Origin: Sphagnum compactum | Lineage: Eukaryota | DNA length: 64,000 nucleotides | Assembly (NCBI GenBank): GCA_965153455.1 | Contig: OZ234493.1 | Span: 25,596,213-25,660,212, forward strand | Direction: 5' to 3' | Part shown: piece by piece, positions 1-18,899 of the stretch | Layout of the letters: every line of letters begins with the position of its first letter | Position numbering within the stretch: position 1 is the stretch's first letter | Position numbers and translations under genes: made by a program | Notes under the pieces: generated by a model | Database searches by the model: none | What the model was told of the DNA's origin: nothing | The model's input: only the letters and a program-made list of their open reading frames with translations

Positions 1-110
1 CCCTTACAATTACTAATCTGATTCATTCGATGTGCAGTCTGCTTGCACTTGCATTTGCTCCTGAGCAAAAGATGAAAAATACCATGAGATGGTGGCACTG
101 TGGTGTGCAG

Positions 111-1385
111 GATGACATATTGTGTTGAGCATCCAACTCGGAAAATGTTGCTTGTTCCAGTGGAGCCAGCTGAGCCGAATCCGCGCTGCTATGTCTGCTC
201 AGAGGTGTGTGTTTGTTGTGTCCATCCTGTGAACTCTGCTCTGATTGATGGGATGAAATTGTTAGCTTGAAACTAAGGGACAAAGGTGATGTGCTGGGTG
301 GTGGGGTTCAGACACCACTGGTGTTGGAGGTGAATACTGTCACGGCAACGATGAGGGATGTGATCGAGAAGGTGTTGAAGCGAAAGCTGGGGGTTGACTC
401 TCCTGTCATTATGCAGGGTTCATCTCTGCTCTATGAGACTGGCGATGACTTAGAGGACGACATGGCTGCCCACTATGCCTCTCTTTTGAACAAGGTTCAC
501 AAGCACCCATGTTGCATTAAGGATCTCTTGGGTTTGGCAGCTGTGTCATAGCTAGACCTAACTTGGTCCCTATTTGAAAAGTCTTGCTCGGTGAATCAGA
601 GTATCTATCTGTAAGAAGCATTACTTTGCCTGCTGCTGCTGCTGCTGCTGCTGTGCCACTGGGGTGATTTGTTGAAGCAAGGACTGGCTGGGGGTCGGTA
701 ATTTGTTTGAAGCAGAGTTTGGCATTGTATCCGACTCCTATTACGACTGGTGTGGTGTTGACTGTGGAAGACTACCATCAGGACTTCCGGTGCAGCCTAC
801 ATGTGAAACACAGGTTTTTGATTTGCATTCATACACTGAGTTTCCATCTAGAAATACTCAGGCTTTTGTTCTCAGAGGCTCCTTGAAGCTTTGCAGCATC
901 CTGGGAAGTTGTAGAGATATGCATTCATATGGCAGCTTTTGTTGTAGATAGTGAGCAAATCATTTGGGCTTTTACCTGAGTTGCTTTGATTGTTCTGTAC
1001 AAAAGGGTCACTGCAGGTGATGATAGATATGATGAAGAATTTGGTTGTTGGGTATTTGCACAGGGAGACATTTGATGAAGAGACAGAACCTGATGGGATG
1101 TTAGTAACTGGTGACATCGCATCAGTTATCAATGCAGAACAGCCTACACTGCAACCAAAGACACCAGCAGCTACACTGCAACCAAAGACACCAGCAGCAG
1201 ATGATGAGGATCTGTTCAACAAAGAGGAGAATGGCCATGGTGATAACAACAAGGATGATGATGATGATCTCGTCATGTTCACTCCAGAGACAATTGTAGG
1301 CACCAAACGAAAGCTTGAGGAAGATGAAAACCTACCGGTAGAAGAAAAAAGGTTGAGAATTGAAGAACCGCCAGTCGTGGTTTAA
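111..1385 (+). CDS. SAE2: SUMO-activating enzyme subunit 2 (UBA2/SAE2), last 4 exons; 5' part lies outside the window
   Basis: GT-AG exons 111-204, 312-494, 716-813 and 1064-1385 join in frame: (R)[39 protein letters not shown]...[12 protein letters not shown]...[45 protein letters not shown]...GTKRKLEE. This includes the Zn-binding CxxC, the ubiquitin-fold domain and an acidic tail with a KRK NLS, as in plant SAE2. Confidence 0.93.
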
Positions 1386-4300
1386 AATTCTTTGCCTCAG
1401 TGTGTATGAATCATGTAGAGCAGCTGCAGCACTTTTTCAAGTTCATTTTTCCCTGAACAACAGCAGTCTTATTATTGCCAGCAAGGTGAGTATTGTACAC
1501 ACTTGTCAGGTTGTGTTAAGACTGGAATTACAAAGGGTGCAAGAAACCATCTTCTTTCTTTCTTGGGTAACTCCACACTGCTGATGATGCTTCAATATTC
1601 TGAAGCTTTTGCCAAGATGGGTTTTGTGGGTTGCAACAAGGTCCAGATGCATTTTCAATGAGTGCACACTAGGTGTCTGCAAATTTTCTCACTGTCTTTT
1701 CAACTGTGCTCCTTACAGACATACAAACAGAAGGAAAAACTGAAGAATCACCATTTGTTGGCTGATCTTGGAAGGAGGTCCATGAGTGTAGTCGTGTTTA
1801 CCTTATGGGCAGTACATATGGAAAAAGATCGTTTGTAATCCAAAAGCAGGTGATTAAGCCTGCACGCAATCTTCTTCTTCTTCTGTTGAAGCCTTTCTGT
1901 TTTCTTGGTACTGATGGAATATTAGAGAATCTACACATTGGCTAACCTCTCCGATTGTTGTCTGTGAATGAGAACCTCAATTGGGTTCATACAACCTATT
2001 GGGATCTTTTTTGAAAGGGATGGCAGCCAGCCCAATCCAGGTTTGAGGTTCAGTTTCAGCAAGCAAGAGGCTGAGTTGTACAGTCACCATTGGAATCTGG
2101 TTCCAGCAAAATTCTGCTCTGGATACCCCAAAACATATTCTTCTCTTGTGTTACCTGTGGACTAACCACCCTGCAAGGCACGGTAGGGTAGAACTGCCCA
2201 TCACCAAACATGTACCTATCATCGAAAGATTTCCAATACTTTCCTGGTTCATTAATCAAATTGGGCCATGTTTGTGTCATTGGATGAACAAACTGGAGGG
2301 CTATAAATGTTCTTTTAGCGTCAGAAGTAAAGGAACACTGCAGTTCTTTGAGCGTCAGAAGTAAAATGAGCAACACAGGAAGAGAATGATGAGTCTGTGG
2401 GTGATTAATAGGTTGCTACAACTTTTTTGAAAAAAAAAGCTGTAGACACCTCTCTGATTCCAGCCTTATATCTTCCTCATTTTTAATCCATTTTGATTGA
2501 TTCAAAACCTGAGGGGTGTGCCAACTAAAGTTTTACAAAACTTCTTTGTATTTCAAAGGCAAAGATGCAACCATCAAAGATGTTTAGCTCAAAACCCTAA
2601 TCTATTTTAATTCATCCATCATCGAACACTGAACCCCTTTACACCAAATACCTCATATCTTCCCCTTACCTTTACCAAATTGAGAAATTCTTGTGGTGTT
2701 CGAAGTGCTAGGTGAAGGGCTACAAATGTTCTTGGAACTCCAAATCCAAAGGAACAATGTGTGAGGATCTGACCTACTTTGAGTTCTTAAGTGTTCGCCT
2801 CACCGACCTATCTACCCTAATGGTTGTTGAAGTTGTGGAAGGCTCATTAACACAAGGCCTTGTTAAAAAATTGACTTCATGATTGGCCCAATGTGGCGGC
2901 ATTTAAATAGTCTCATGCCTTTTGTTGTTCAATTTTGGTTTGTCGGTGGGGTTAGTGGAGTGCTCATTTACATAGCTAACTAATAACCCAAACAATTAGT
3001 ACTCTATGTTGGGTGAAACAAACGGAAGTAGAGGCCCAAATAGGGATGTCATTGGATTTGTTCTTAAAATTAGATCCATCCAAACTTGATACATGAGCCT
3101 CTACTATTGTAGCACTTGAACGATTTTGGCAACAAATTGCTGAATAATTAATTAAATTTTAAATCTTAACTTCGGCACTTAGATTTTTAATTTTGAAAAT
3201 TTTGGCAAATAATGGTTATATAAAGTAATAAACAAGCTTCATTCAATGTTATGGAGTAGTCTAATGTGTCTAGAATGTCTAGAATGTCTCAATAGTTTGA
3301 GGGTTTGCAATTCAAACCTCACAATTGAATTTTTCATTTAATTAAAATTTTGGCACAAATATTAAATAATTATTAAAAATTTTGACAAGATGAAAAATAA
3401 TTTAATTTATGTTGAAATTGTTCAGGTATTAGGTAATGTCTACCACATCCAAACTAGTTTGTTTTTACGATGCCATAAACATGAAACATCGGATAAAGTA
3501 TGATGAATATAAGGTAAATGCCATCACATGGACCAATCGCTACAATTGACCAACCAAATTCAATCATGTTCTTTTAATAGCTCATTTGCACATTTGTAGG
3601 CCCAAATGTTCAATTTCACAATATTTAAAACTTGAATTTCATCCCCAAAAAACTCAAATTCATAATATTTAAGCTTGAATTTCATCAAAAGTATAATTTT
3701 CAACATTTCCACCTTTAATGCTCTAAATGGTTTCATATTTTTGCAATGGCACTTGATGTAAGGGCATAGGTTTTAGGTCTAATACAAATTGCTTTTCATG
3801 GCCCCATTCACATTTGTCACCTCAACATGTTATGTTGTATTGTCTCCCTTGTGTTTCAACTACTTCATGTTCCCATGTTGCTTGAGCTTGTGCTTTGCCT
3901 TTTAGACCAATGGCAATATGCTCTTATGTTCATGTCATAGCTTAATTTTCTTTCTTGCTCTTGTGCTTTCTTATTTGTTTTGCTCTATGCATAGGCTTGG
4001 GAACCAATTGTGATTTATAATTGGTTAGGGTTGTGCTTTAATTTTCAATAGGATTCTTGTGCTTTGCTCTCACGTTGTTCTATTTTGTGCTTTGACTTGG
4101 ATACCAATTGTGAATTGTGTAACTAGAGTTCTGTGTTTTGATTTTCAATTTGGCTCTTGTGCTTATTTGTGTTGTCGAATTGTGATTTTGTCCTTGCTTG
4201 ATTGTGTGATCTATTGTGTTGGTGGGTGTGCTAACATGGAGGCTTGGAATGAAATGTTGTTTGGCAAATGGACTATCGAATTGGGTAATGATGAAGGCAA

Positions 4301-4559
4301 AGACCTTTTGCAACTATTGTTTGATGTTGATGTTGGCCCAAAAGTTGCAAGGTGATGATGGCATGTGGCAATAAACATGGGTGCAAATCCAACTTGAAAC
4401 AAGATAAGCAACTTGGTGAAAGAGGATGTAGAGAAATGACTTTGGCAACAATTTGATGTATGATGACAAATTGATTCAATGATGTTATAGAATGCACTAA
4501 TTGTTATTCCTTTAGATCATGGAATCTATTGCCAACCATGATGCAACAACAATGATTAC

Positions 4560-6960
4560 CAATATGGATTATATGATTGGAATGTAATGGCTTCTGGCCT
4601 AAATAATGCATTGGGCACTTTTACAAGAACAACTATTGAGGTGTTTAAAGAATGGACCAACAAATTTCTCAAGATATTTGTTGCTGATGTCAACATTCAT
4701 AACAAAATTTATAAAGATCATTTGAGTCATTTGAGAAATGTTCTGTCAAAATTATGAGAAGTCAACCCAAACTTAAACCTAGGGATGTGTTCTTTTGGAA
4801 GAAAGCAAATTCTATTTTTGGGTCACATTGTAACTAGCCATAGCACTTGCCCAAACCCAACAAGGTGCAAGCAATACAACCATGTTCCAAGGTCTATTGC
4901 TAATATGTGTGCTTTCCTAGGATTAATAGGTTATTATCGAAATTTAGTGTGGCTATGCAAAATTGTTGTGCCTTTCTTTGATTTGACAAAGGAATGGAAT
5001 TCTTGTTGGATTCCCAACATATCAAGAAGCCTTTGATTTGTTAAAGAAAAAGTTAATTGAAGCTCCCATCCTAGTTTGCTTTGACTTTGACAAATCATTC
5101 ATTTTGGATGTTGATTGACCATTAAAAGGTGTAGTATCCTTTTTAAAAAATATGGCAAATAGGAAAAGGTTATAATGTATGTTTGTAAAACTTTATTATC
5201 TAAACAAAAAAAATTGTCCCCATGGAAGGAAAATGTTATGCCCTTGAATGGGGAATAATGCATTTTCAACAATATTTGCATTTAACATTTTGTATGATTA
5301 GGAGAAACCACAAGTAATTGGAATGGCTAACAGACATTATTTCTAACCCATTTGATAGACAAGGCAAGTGGATTTCCATGTTCTAAAACTTCAATTTTAA
5401 GGTGCTACACTGGGTTGGATCCCTACATGTTAATGTTTTAAGTCAGAACCCAATCGGCATTTTCAAAGAAGATGAAAACTTTAGGAATGAGGTTTAAGAT
5501 GAGAGAAAGGAAGTGGAAGGGATAAACATGATGGATAAAAATACAATAATTTTAATGGAAAATAGTTGTATTTCATTGTCATAAAAACAAAGGAACCATT
5601 TGTTGAAACATTTTATGCTTGTGAGGTAGTGAGGGAAGCTATTGCAAAACAAGTTGTGGAGGAAACCATCAAGGAAAAAAAAGTCTTGAGGAAATGACCC
5701 TAGAAGCTTTGATGATGTTAAACATTGAAACAAATGAAATAATAGTATATTACATTTAATCAAATATGAAGCTATTAAACCAACATATGGACATTTGGTA
5801 GGATGCTTCTTGCATGAGATTATTGACTGGTGGGACTTTGAATACATGGATTAACACAATTGTAAAGCTTAATTGTGTCAAAAAAATATTTTAAAACTAC
5901 CAGTAGTAAGAGGAGACTTTTTTTCAAGGAACTTATTGTTCCATGTCCTAAGGGAAATAAGAGATCATTACAAATTTACATGTAAAAATCAGACACTTTA
6001 GTGAGCATCGAATATTGATAGAGGTGAAAAATATATATATTTGAAACAAATGAACTAAATCTATCAAAGTTATGGTGAAGAGATGTGATTAATGTCAATT
6101 GATAAAGGAATTTAATAACTTAAAGTTTGGGATTGACAAGATGAAAAACATACTCGTATGTGACATGTTTACAAGGTTTCATTTGATATTGGTAATCCAT
6201 AACCTAAATCACAAAGTGGCAACAAGTATGTGCTTGTGGCCATTCATCATTACTTCAAATGATGTGAAACAAAACCTATAAAAGAACACAATGTAATCAC
6301 TACCATTAAACTTTGGAAAATAAAATAATTTATAGATTTGGTGTTCCAATGTTTATACTAGCAAACAATGGGGGTGAGTGGATGGATGGCATAATTTGAC
6401 AAAACCTGCAAAAACTATAATATTACCATTGATTTACTGCTCCATGTTGGCCCCAATGTAATGGGAAAACACTCAATCAAAACTTTAAAGCATAACCTCA
6501 TAATCATCTTAGGCACAAAAGTCAAGAACGTGGATGCACATTTACTTATAATTTTATTTGGGTATAGGTGTGACATCCAAGCCAATGCCAAGTATTCACC
6601 ATATATGGTTCTAATGAAAAGAACACCAAGATTCACATGACAAAAGTTAAATAATTAATATGTTGTGTGAAGTTGTTGATGTAGAAGTCAGTTTTGAATT
6701 GATGACTCACAACAAATGATCTAAAAAATGCAACTAATTACCAAGGTGCATGAATCTTTGCTAGATAATGTGGATTAAGCACAAAAGTAACAAATGAAGG
6801 CTTATAATGCAAATGAAGGGAAGATTATTACTTTGTGGATTTGGGGATGGGAATGTGTATGTCAACATGCATAAGCCTAGTAAAAAGAATCCCTACAAGT
6901 CAATTGGCAAAGACCATACCAGCTTGTTAGATATAAGGAAGGCTAAGATGAAGGTTGTAG
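4560..6960 (+). mobile_element. Heavily decayed Ty3/Gypsy LTR-retrotransposon pol remnant (RT-RNaseH-integrase)
   Basis: Interrupted motifs occur in Gypsy order: YDWNVMASGLNNA (~4573, cf. YxWxVMPFGLxNA), FVADVNI (decayed YxDD), FLGHIV, FLGLIGYYR (4785-5036 ORF), FILDVD (RNase H start, ~5098), integrase-like remnants at 5980-6640 and a W-x-x-PY (GPY/F-like) motif at ~6905. There are many stops and frameshifts, and no LTRs were recognised. Confidence 0.85.
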
Positions 6961-9849
6961 AATCTTGTAGATAAGGAATTCGGGTTAATGGTATGAATAA
7001 AACCCTATTAAGGCTTTGGTGTTTTCCCTAAATCTTTTTTTGCAAAAAAGAACAAATATCATGGAATTTTACTTGAGATGGAAGTGATTGTTGGTGATGA
7101 AGCACTTTTCTTATGAATGAATCCTCGTGATGGTGGTGTGCATCGATGCTTTTCTATTTTGCAAGTTCTAGAAGGAAAATGAGTTTGGTATGAAGTGTGT
7201 GATGGATCAAATTGCTGATCTATGGTTGAGGATGGCAATGGTAGGGTGTGTGGTGTGCGGTTTGGATTTATGAATAATGAAGCTATTGATGACCTATTGT
7301 GACACAAATACTTAGGGAATTTCTTTGTTCAATTTCATGTTGCTAGTTTTACATATTTGTTCGATGAGGAATCACATGTGTAATGCAAGATGTGTATAAA
7401 GCATGATTAGATTAAAATAAGGAACTAATTTCCATTCTGTTGTCCTTATGCCTTGTAAACCTCTACTCAATAAAGAAAATAGAAAAGAATGAGGAGATCA
7501 TGAAAAAATTAGGAACCCTTTGGATCCTATGAAGAAGCTTTAGAAATTGGGGATTTTGGGATTACGTTGGTATGAGGGAAAATTTGTGCCTAAGTTGAAG
7601 TGGGAAATCATTGGTCAATCCATCAAGGGGTTTTGCTTTGTTGGGATGCATTGGATTGGGGATGTTCGTCAAGTTTGCAATCGGTGAATTATGGGAATGA
7701 ACATTGTAATTGAGCCCCTCTTGTTTCAGTTCATGGGTGTGAGTGAATCATGAGTGGAGCAAGCTGTTAGAGTCTTGAACATTGAGAGCATTGAGCTGAG
7801 ATTGCTTCCCAATTAAACTTTCTATGTTGAAGCACAAGGATTTAAGGTAGATAGGAATAAGTAGTAGGGATGATTTTATAACAAGGGTAGTAAGCATAGA
7901 AACATTACATTCGAGGTTGTGTAATCAGGTAATAATCCTTCCAGATTTTTCTTTGGTTGAAAGTGTGTGTTGTTGATACAACTATTTGAATATCCAGAAG
8001 GCTTTGGAATTGAGTCCAGACTTTGGATTATGTCTCTTTGTCCTTCCAAAGCCATAGAGTGATGTGTGGGTTTTGCTGAAGGTTTGTTTCGTATGTATGC
8101 AACAATTGGATTGCAACGTTTGAATGGGTTTGATTTCAATTTGAGCAATAAAATACTTTTTGCGTGTGTTAGGTGAAGGAAGGACCTTCACCTTCTTGAC
8201 TGAAGCCTGTGTAGTGATCATATTCAACCCAGGAAATGTTAAATTTGAAGTTAGAGACTGTGATTTAGTCAAGGATGGGGTATATACCATGGTTTGTCAT
8301 GAACTCTTTTGTGGGTGTGTCATTGCAGCTTTCCACCAAAACTTAGTTACTAAGAAAACCCATGGAGAGCATTTATCATCTTACTCAAGGAACAAACTTG
8401 CCTTCCTCAATTGCCTCTTCAAAGAAAGGAAAATCTACTTCTTCTTCAATTACTGGTACTCCAACCTTCACATCAGGGGGATGGTCTTGAAGCATTTGAG
8501 CTGATAGACTTGGGGCTGACTACAACAGGAAACTTTTCAGGATCCGAATCTAATGCACCATGGATTACAAGCTAAAAGCATACTACCACATATGGAAACA
8601 TGGAACAGAACCACATATGCTTTTAGCTTGCAAAACCCAAAGGAACAACATTCTTCCCAAACCATGGCGTCAGGTTCTCAATTCTAAATGGACAGTAAGT
8701 CTCCAAGAAGGAGCAAATAGCAATTCCACCAATCTTAATGGGTGGGCATCTTTGCATATCCTGATCATTTTGGTTGCAGCCACAAGCATCTATCAAACTG
8801 GGACTGAAATCACTGTCCTTCCATAGCTGGACCTACAAGTGCCGTAAGGTGAGATCTTACTGAAACCTGCAGCACAATAGATGCAGTTTGGGCATTTTAG
8901 ACATATCTGTGAAGGTATTACTCTGCAATAGAAATTGTCAAGATTCCCAATAATGTCTGCACATGATTTCTCAACAGATAAGATAAGAACATTGCTCATT
9001 CTCAATCAATCTGCATCAAACCACTGAGCACCTTCCAGTACGTGCACAACAATTCACTCTGATTCTGCCACAGGCTTCAAAACCTGCAAGACAACTTTGA
9101 TCATAATGGAGAAACTACACATCACCACACACTTTCTTCTTCTTCTTCTTCTTCATTCAGCAATGCAGACTCCCATACAGACACAATCAAACATTAAGAC
9201 ATGCACAAAACTACAAAACCCAAATACTCTCTTGGCCAAAAAAACCCAGCTCTGTTTCTAAAACCCTGCAAAACCCACGCAAGAAATATGACCATGTAGA
9301 GGATCCATGGCAGGTCTTATAAAGAATCACCCAAGAAATCTCTTGCCAACTCCGAGCTTTCCATATATCTAGGGGAGCGTACAAGAGCAAATCAGGCAGG
9401 AATCAGATATGCTTACAAAAACTGTAAATCTCGCAAAAATTGCCGAGTGGTATCTGACAAAAATTGCTCACTCTCAGCGCAATCTCTCATACAATGTATA
9501 ACAGGGAAAAACCAATCCAGCCACGATCTCGAAGATCTTGCAGAACCCAACACAATATTCACAAACTGTGAAGGAAGAAATGCGAAAACTGTCGTAAAGA
9601 TTTGGATAAACCAAGGATATTTGCGGGACCTACACGTCAGTATCTGGAGATCTCGTTCTAGGGTTTGGAGTCTTGGGATTTTCGAGTTTGCGTGTTTTGT
9701 TTTGTTTTGTGGTTCGAGAGTCGACATATTTCTTTCCTTCATTCAAGGCTAAAAGCAAGACTTTGAATTCCATGGGTTTCTTCTGAGTCTTGTGACAAGT
9801 TCTGTATGTGATGCCACTGTCTAGAATTTCCTGAGAAGAGGTTCTCTGA

Positions 9850-14242
<4,393 letters not shown>

Positions 14243-17200
14243 AACTGTATGTAGTTTGTAGCCTATATTGCAGAACAAAGGAAAGGAGAGGCTAGATCAT
14301 TAGCATTTTATCCATTCAGTACATGGGATTCATAAGGTTTCTAGAAAATGCTTTCATGAGGCCTTGATAAAATGTACAATCAGAATATGAGGATCAATTT
14401 CTTGGCAATTCTTCTTGCACAATTTGCTATGATCAAGAATCTTTGGTTTTTTCCTGGCATGCAATTGTCTCATTTGGTGAAGCTTGTGGCATATATCTGC
14501 TCTTACATAAGCACAAGAGAGGATACATATCACTGGAAGTTGCTGCAATAGAATTTCCCTGATCTTGAACAGTTTTAACCATCTACTCTTGACTTATGAG
14601 CCAGAGTCACAAATGGATACACCAGTGAAAATCCTCAATTGAATAGACATGGTCACCCGTGAAACCGAAAGATGTCAGGAAATCGCATAAGCAGAAAAGG
14701 TGAATGCAGATGCGCCTCCACATTCACTGCATATGCATACATCTCCACCTTCACTGTCTTAAGATATTTCAATTGATGTGAGGTTGAGGTAACCTTTTGT
14801 CAGAAGGTGACCTCGAAACAAAAGGCCAGGCACAACGTTGGTGAAATCTGTGTTGAGAGGGAGTTCAAACCATCTGGGAAGAGGAGGAAAAGAAAGAAGC
14901 CCACCTTGAAAGAGCTTAATGTCAAATCGAAAAAGTCTGAAGCTCAATGTTGTTCCATTCCAGCGGACGACCGAGGGGGAGCAGATGTCTGGGGATCAAA
15001 ACTGGGTTATACCCATGTTGTGCACCTATGCAAAAAATTTCACCAAACAAATTCTAAGGCATGAGAACGAGGAGCAAAGTAATCAATCTCACCCACCATT
15101 TTCTGTCCAAGTAACTTCCCAACATGGTTGTGCAAAAGTGACAGGCTTGTGGTGTGATGGGCTTGTCCATGATCTAGAAAGCTATTTGCTGCTTGTAAAC
15201 AACTTGCATATAACATGGTTGTTAATTCCATGCACATATATTGTCATGTAGGAAAAAAGATTGTGATGTTCAACTTGAAATAGTTTGTGAGGGTTGTGAA
15301 GGAGTTCTTTGAAGAGTAATACCTTTAGAACCAATGTGGAGAAACAAACGTGCATCAATACAAACCATAGGTTTTTGGGGATGTTTGTATTGTTGGATTA
15401 TATGCCATTATCATTGGATTAATTGTCCACAAGCATGACAATGGCAATTTTCCAACAAAAATAACTAGGGTGAAAGCAAATTAGAGTGACACAAAAATGG
15501 CAATTGAAAATCCCTTCTAAAGTTCATAACCAATGTATTTTAAACTTAGTGAATTTGTTCAACTTACATTTGAAAAAACCCCTTCATACAATGTTATAGG
15601 TGTTGTGGGTGGTCTAAAGCTTACCCCAACTTGGTAAATCCATTGATGGACATGCTCCTTGTATTTGAAACTTGTGTCACCTTTGTGGTGAACCCTAACC
15701 CTTACTTGGGTCTCCAAACCCTAACCTTGGGTGTTCACACCCATAATCCAACAAAACCGAAGGTTGTTACACATGTGAGTTGTTGTTAAACATATGGGAT
15801 GTTGAACTTGTTGCAGCTAACCCATAAACTAGAATGCTCAAATTATAAACTTAAATATGTTACACTTATATGATTAAGGCACTTGCATCCACCAACATGT
15901 TCCATAAGGCCAAATGTACTTGGAACGACACACTATGGAAACAACAATTATGGTCTACTGGTCATCAATTCAATCTCACCATCACAAAGGTCCATTGGTC
16001 ATCACTTCAATCTCACTTTAATGACAGTAAATAACACCACAAAAATTACAAACAACCTTCCATTAAACCTTAATATCTATGTATGAGCGATTCATGTGTC
16101 AAATAACACCTACTTAGTAATCAAGATTGGATGGTAGTATTGTCCCATTCCCAATCATTAACCACTCCAATCACAACCCATGGGCTCATTATAATAATTA
16201 ACATATTTGGAAAGACCTTTCACCTAAGGTTTCTTATTACATAGTATGATGTTTTCAAGAGGTCATCATTTGAACATGTGCTTGCCTTGTGATGTTGGCC
16301 AAAGGCACACAACCCAAGAACCCCTCTACCCCTAGAAACATTTGACAGCCCAATCAACATAAAAATAGGAAAATAAGTGTAATCCCAACAACACAAAGTG
16401 GGGTAATTATTCATGAACACAACCCTTGCATGTTGTAATTTCTACTTGAAAATTACAACAAGAATTTAAAGGTGTTTTGAATTTGTTGATTGCACAACAC
16501 TTCACCACATCCGAATAGGGATGGTGGTGTTTACTGGCACAAATGTGATCTTGGAAATGTGTTGCACCCCCGTTCTATGCACCATGTGCCAAACCTTGGA
16601 ACAAACGTCCAAATAGGCTCCTCACCAAATGGGTTGAAGTCTCCTATACATTTGGTGTTCCTTTCTAGAAGCACGATGGAAAAAACAATGTTCAATTTCA
16701 CCTTTGTCTGTGAAAGATGTGAATTTTTGAAAATGAATGCTAATTAATTATCAAAAATAGCAAATTAACTTTGGATTTCTCCAATTTTTGTCTCCAAAAA
16801 GTTTGCATGCTTGCATGTGTAACCTTTGTTGAGACAAACCCAACAATGTAAAAATCACCTCAATCTAACATTGTATGCAAAAGATATATACATCCAAAGT
16901 TTGAGGATGGATTATCTTTTTTCATCCAAATTATGGATGAAATTTTGCCCATGTGGATGGAAAAAGGAAAATAAAAATGATAAGGGGAAATATGAAAATG
17001 TTGGATGAAAAATTTTCCATCCAAATTATGGATGTAACCACCTCCAATTGGAATTTTTTTAAATAAAAAAAATAATAATAAAGCACGTGGCATGTTTGGA
17101 TTGGTGTTGAACTTGTGCACTAGGTTCAAGAAACTTGAAGCCCCTTATCCCGAACCTACCCTAAGGCTCGTGAAGCTCTAAAACCTACCAAGCTTGGCAA

Positions 17201-18899
17201 GCTTGAGCTAGGTTTGGCAAGCTTGGATTCATGCCAACAATGGTGATGGAGCTCCAAGCTCTTGCCATCACCAAACCTTCCTTTTTTTCCCCTTATTTTG
17301 TTGCAATAGCTCTTCTTTTTTTCATCTTTCTTCCCTTTCTTCTTTTTGCACTATTACCCACTCCCACCAAAAATGACCACGATGGGGAATGCTTCTCCCA
17401 CCACTCCTATTTTGAAGTGGTAGCTATTGCTACACACCCACCACATGAAAACAACCATAAGGAGGTGAGAAGCCCCCCCCCCCCCCCCCCACCCTTGCCC
17501 AACCCCCCTACATGATTGTTAGCAATGAAAAAAAAAAGCTAGGACCTTGGAACTTTTAGCATTGTTGGTAGTGGCGGCAACTCTTCATTGCTACTATCAG
17601 TCCTACGGTTGTCAAAGAAAGAGAGAAGGAGAGCAAAATAGAGGAAATAAAAATAAGAAATAAAACAAAACAATGAAGGCCCCTATAATAGAAACAAGGC
17701 CCTCCTTCAAAAGTGCTTCATTTTTTTCCACACCTTGTCTTTGTTGGGGTTGTTCCTTCAATAACTCCTCTTGTCTTCTTTTCATGCTTCGGGTTTCTAG
17801 GCCCCATTGGGGTTCAACTAATTCCCAAGGAGTGACAAAAAGAAAACAACACCATTAAACAAAAGTTCAAACCTTCACCACACAATCTTATTTAACAAAA
17901 TCAAAGTAAAAGTTGAAACCAAAATGAAATCTAATTTCTTGCACCAACAAACTAGATCGAGAGTTTTTGGGTTTCAAAGCTCTATTCACCTACACCAAAA
18001 CCCTCTACCTAGCACAACACAAGAACCCAAGTACTATAAATCTTGCAAAACGAAACAAAACCCAAAACATAAATTTCCTTGCAAAGCAAACACACCACAC
18101 AACACAATAATGAGGTTTCAAAATTAAAAAATTGGATTTTGATCATACAAATCCTTATTTCTCCCAAACATGAAAAACCTATAACCACATTCACACTAGA
18201 ATTGGTTTCAACCCTACTTACCTGGCTAAGTTATTTATGATAATCAAAATAAAAACACATAACTATCATAAAACTCCTGACAACAACAATATTGTAACAA
18301 CATTCCAATTGGAAAAATAAACTAAGAATATTAATTTTAATGAAATAAAAGACAACTTAAATAATAATCTTTTCCAACAAGGCTTTCAATGTATTTTGAA
18401 ATCATGAAGTTTTAATAAGATGATATTATGTTTTGTGTAATTACATTATGTTCTGAAAGTGTTGATGATAATGATCTTTTTAGGTTGTAAAATGTTCTTT
18501 CATTGAACATGTACTTGAATAAGTGTTGTTTTTATCATTTTACCAAAAAAAATGGAATTTTAAAATGAATGATAAATTTTATTCTACTATCAACATGGTG
18601 TTTTAATTTTGTAATTATTGATGTGCATTTATATAAAGACACAATTTTGAATCAATTCATAAATTTAGTTTATTTCATTTGATTTATTTGTAAAACATAA
18701 ACCAAGTTTGTAATTTTTAGAAGAATTCAAAGTGAGTGTAATTTTACGTGTTACTACTTTCGATACTTCATGTACTTTTAATTCTGACTCAAATTATCTA
18801 CATTGTATCATGCATTTATTCCATGAAGAAAATAGGAATTGGGATGACAAAAACTTAACATGTGTAATAGAAACTATTGCAGGTGGCCCAAAAATTTAA

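Noticed and set aside
631..653. (CTG)n, and similar (TTC)n at ~9133, (GGAGA)n at ~32700 and (AGG)n at ~43284
   Set aside because: These are ordinary short microsatellites in introns or UTRs.
7000..8330. Possible LTR or second retroelement next to the Gypsy remnant
   Set aside because: No matching LTR pair, PBS/PPT or diagnostic protein motif could be identified by eye.
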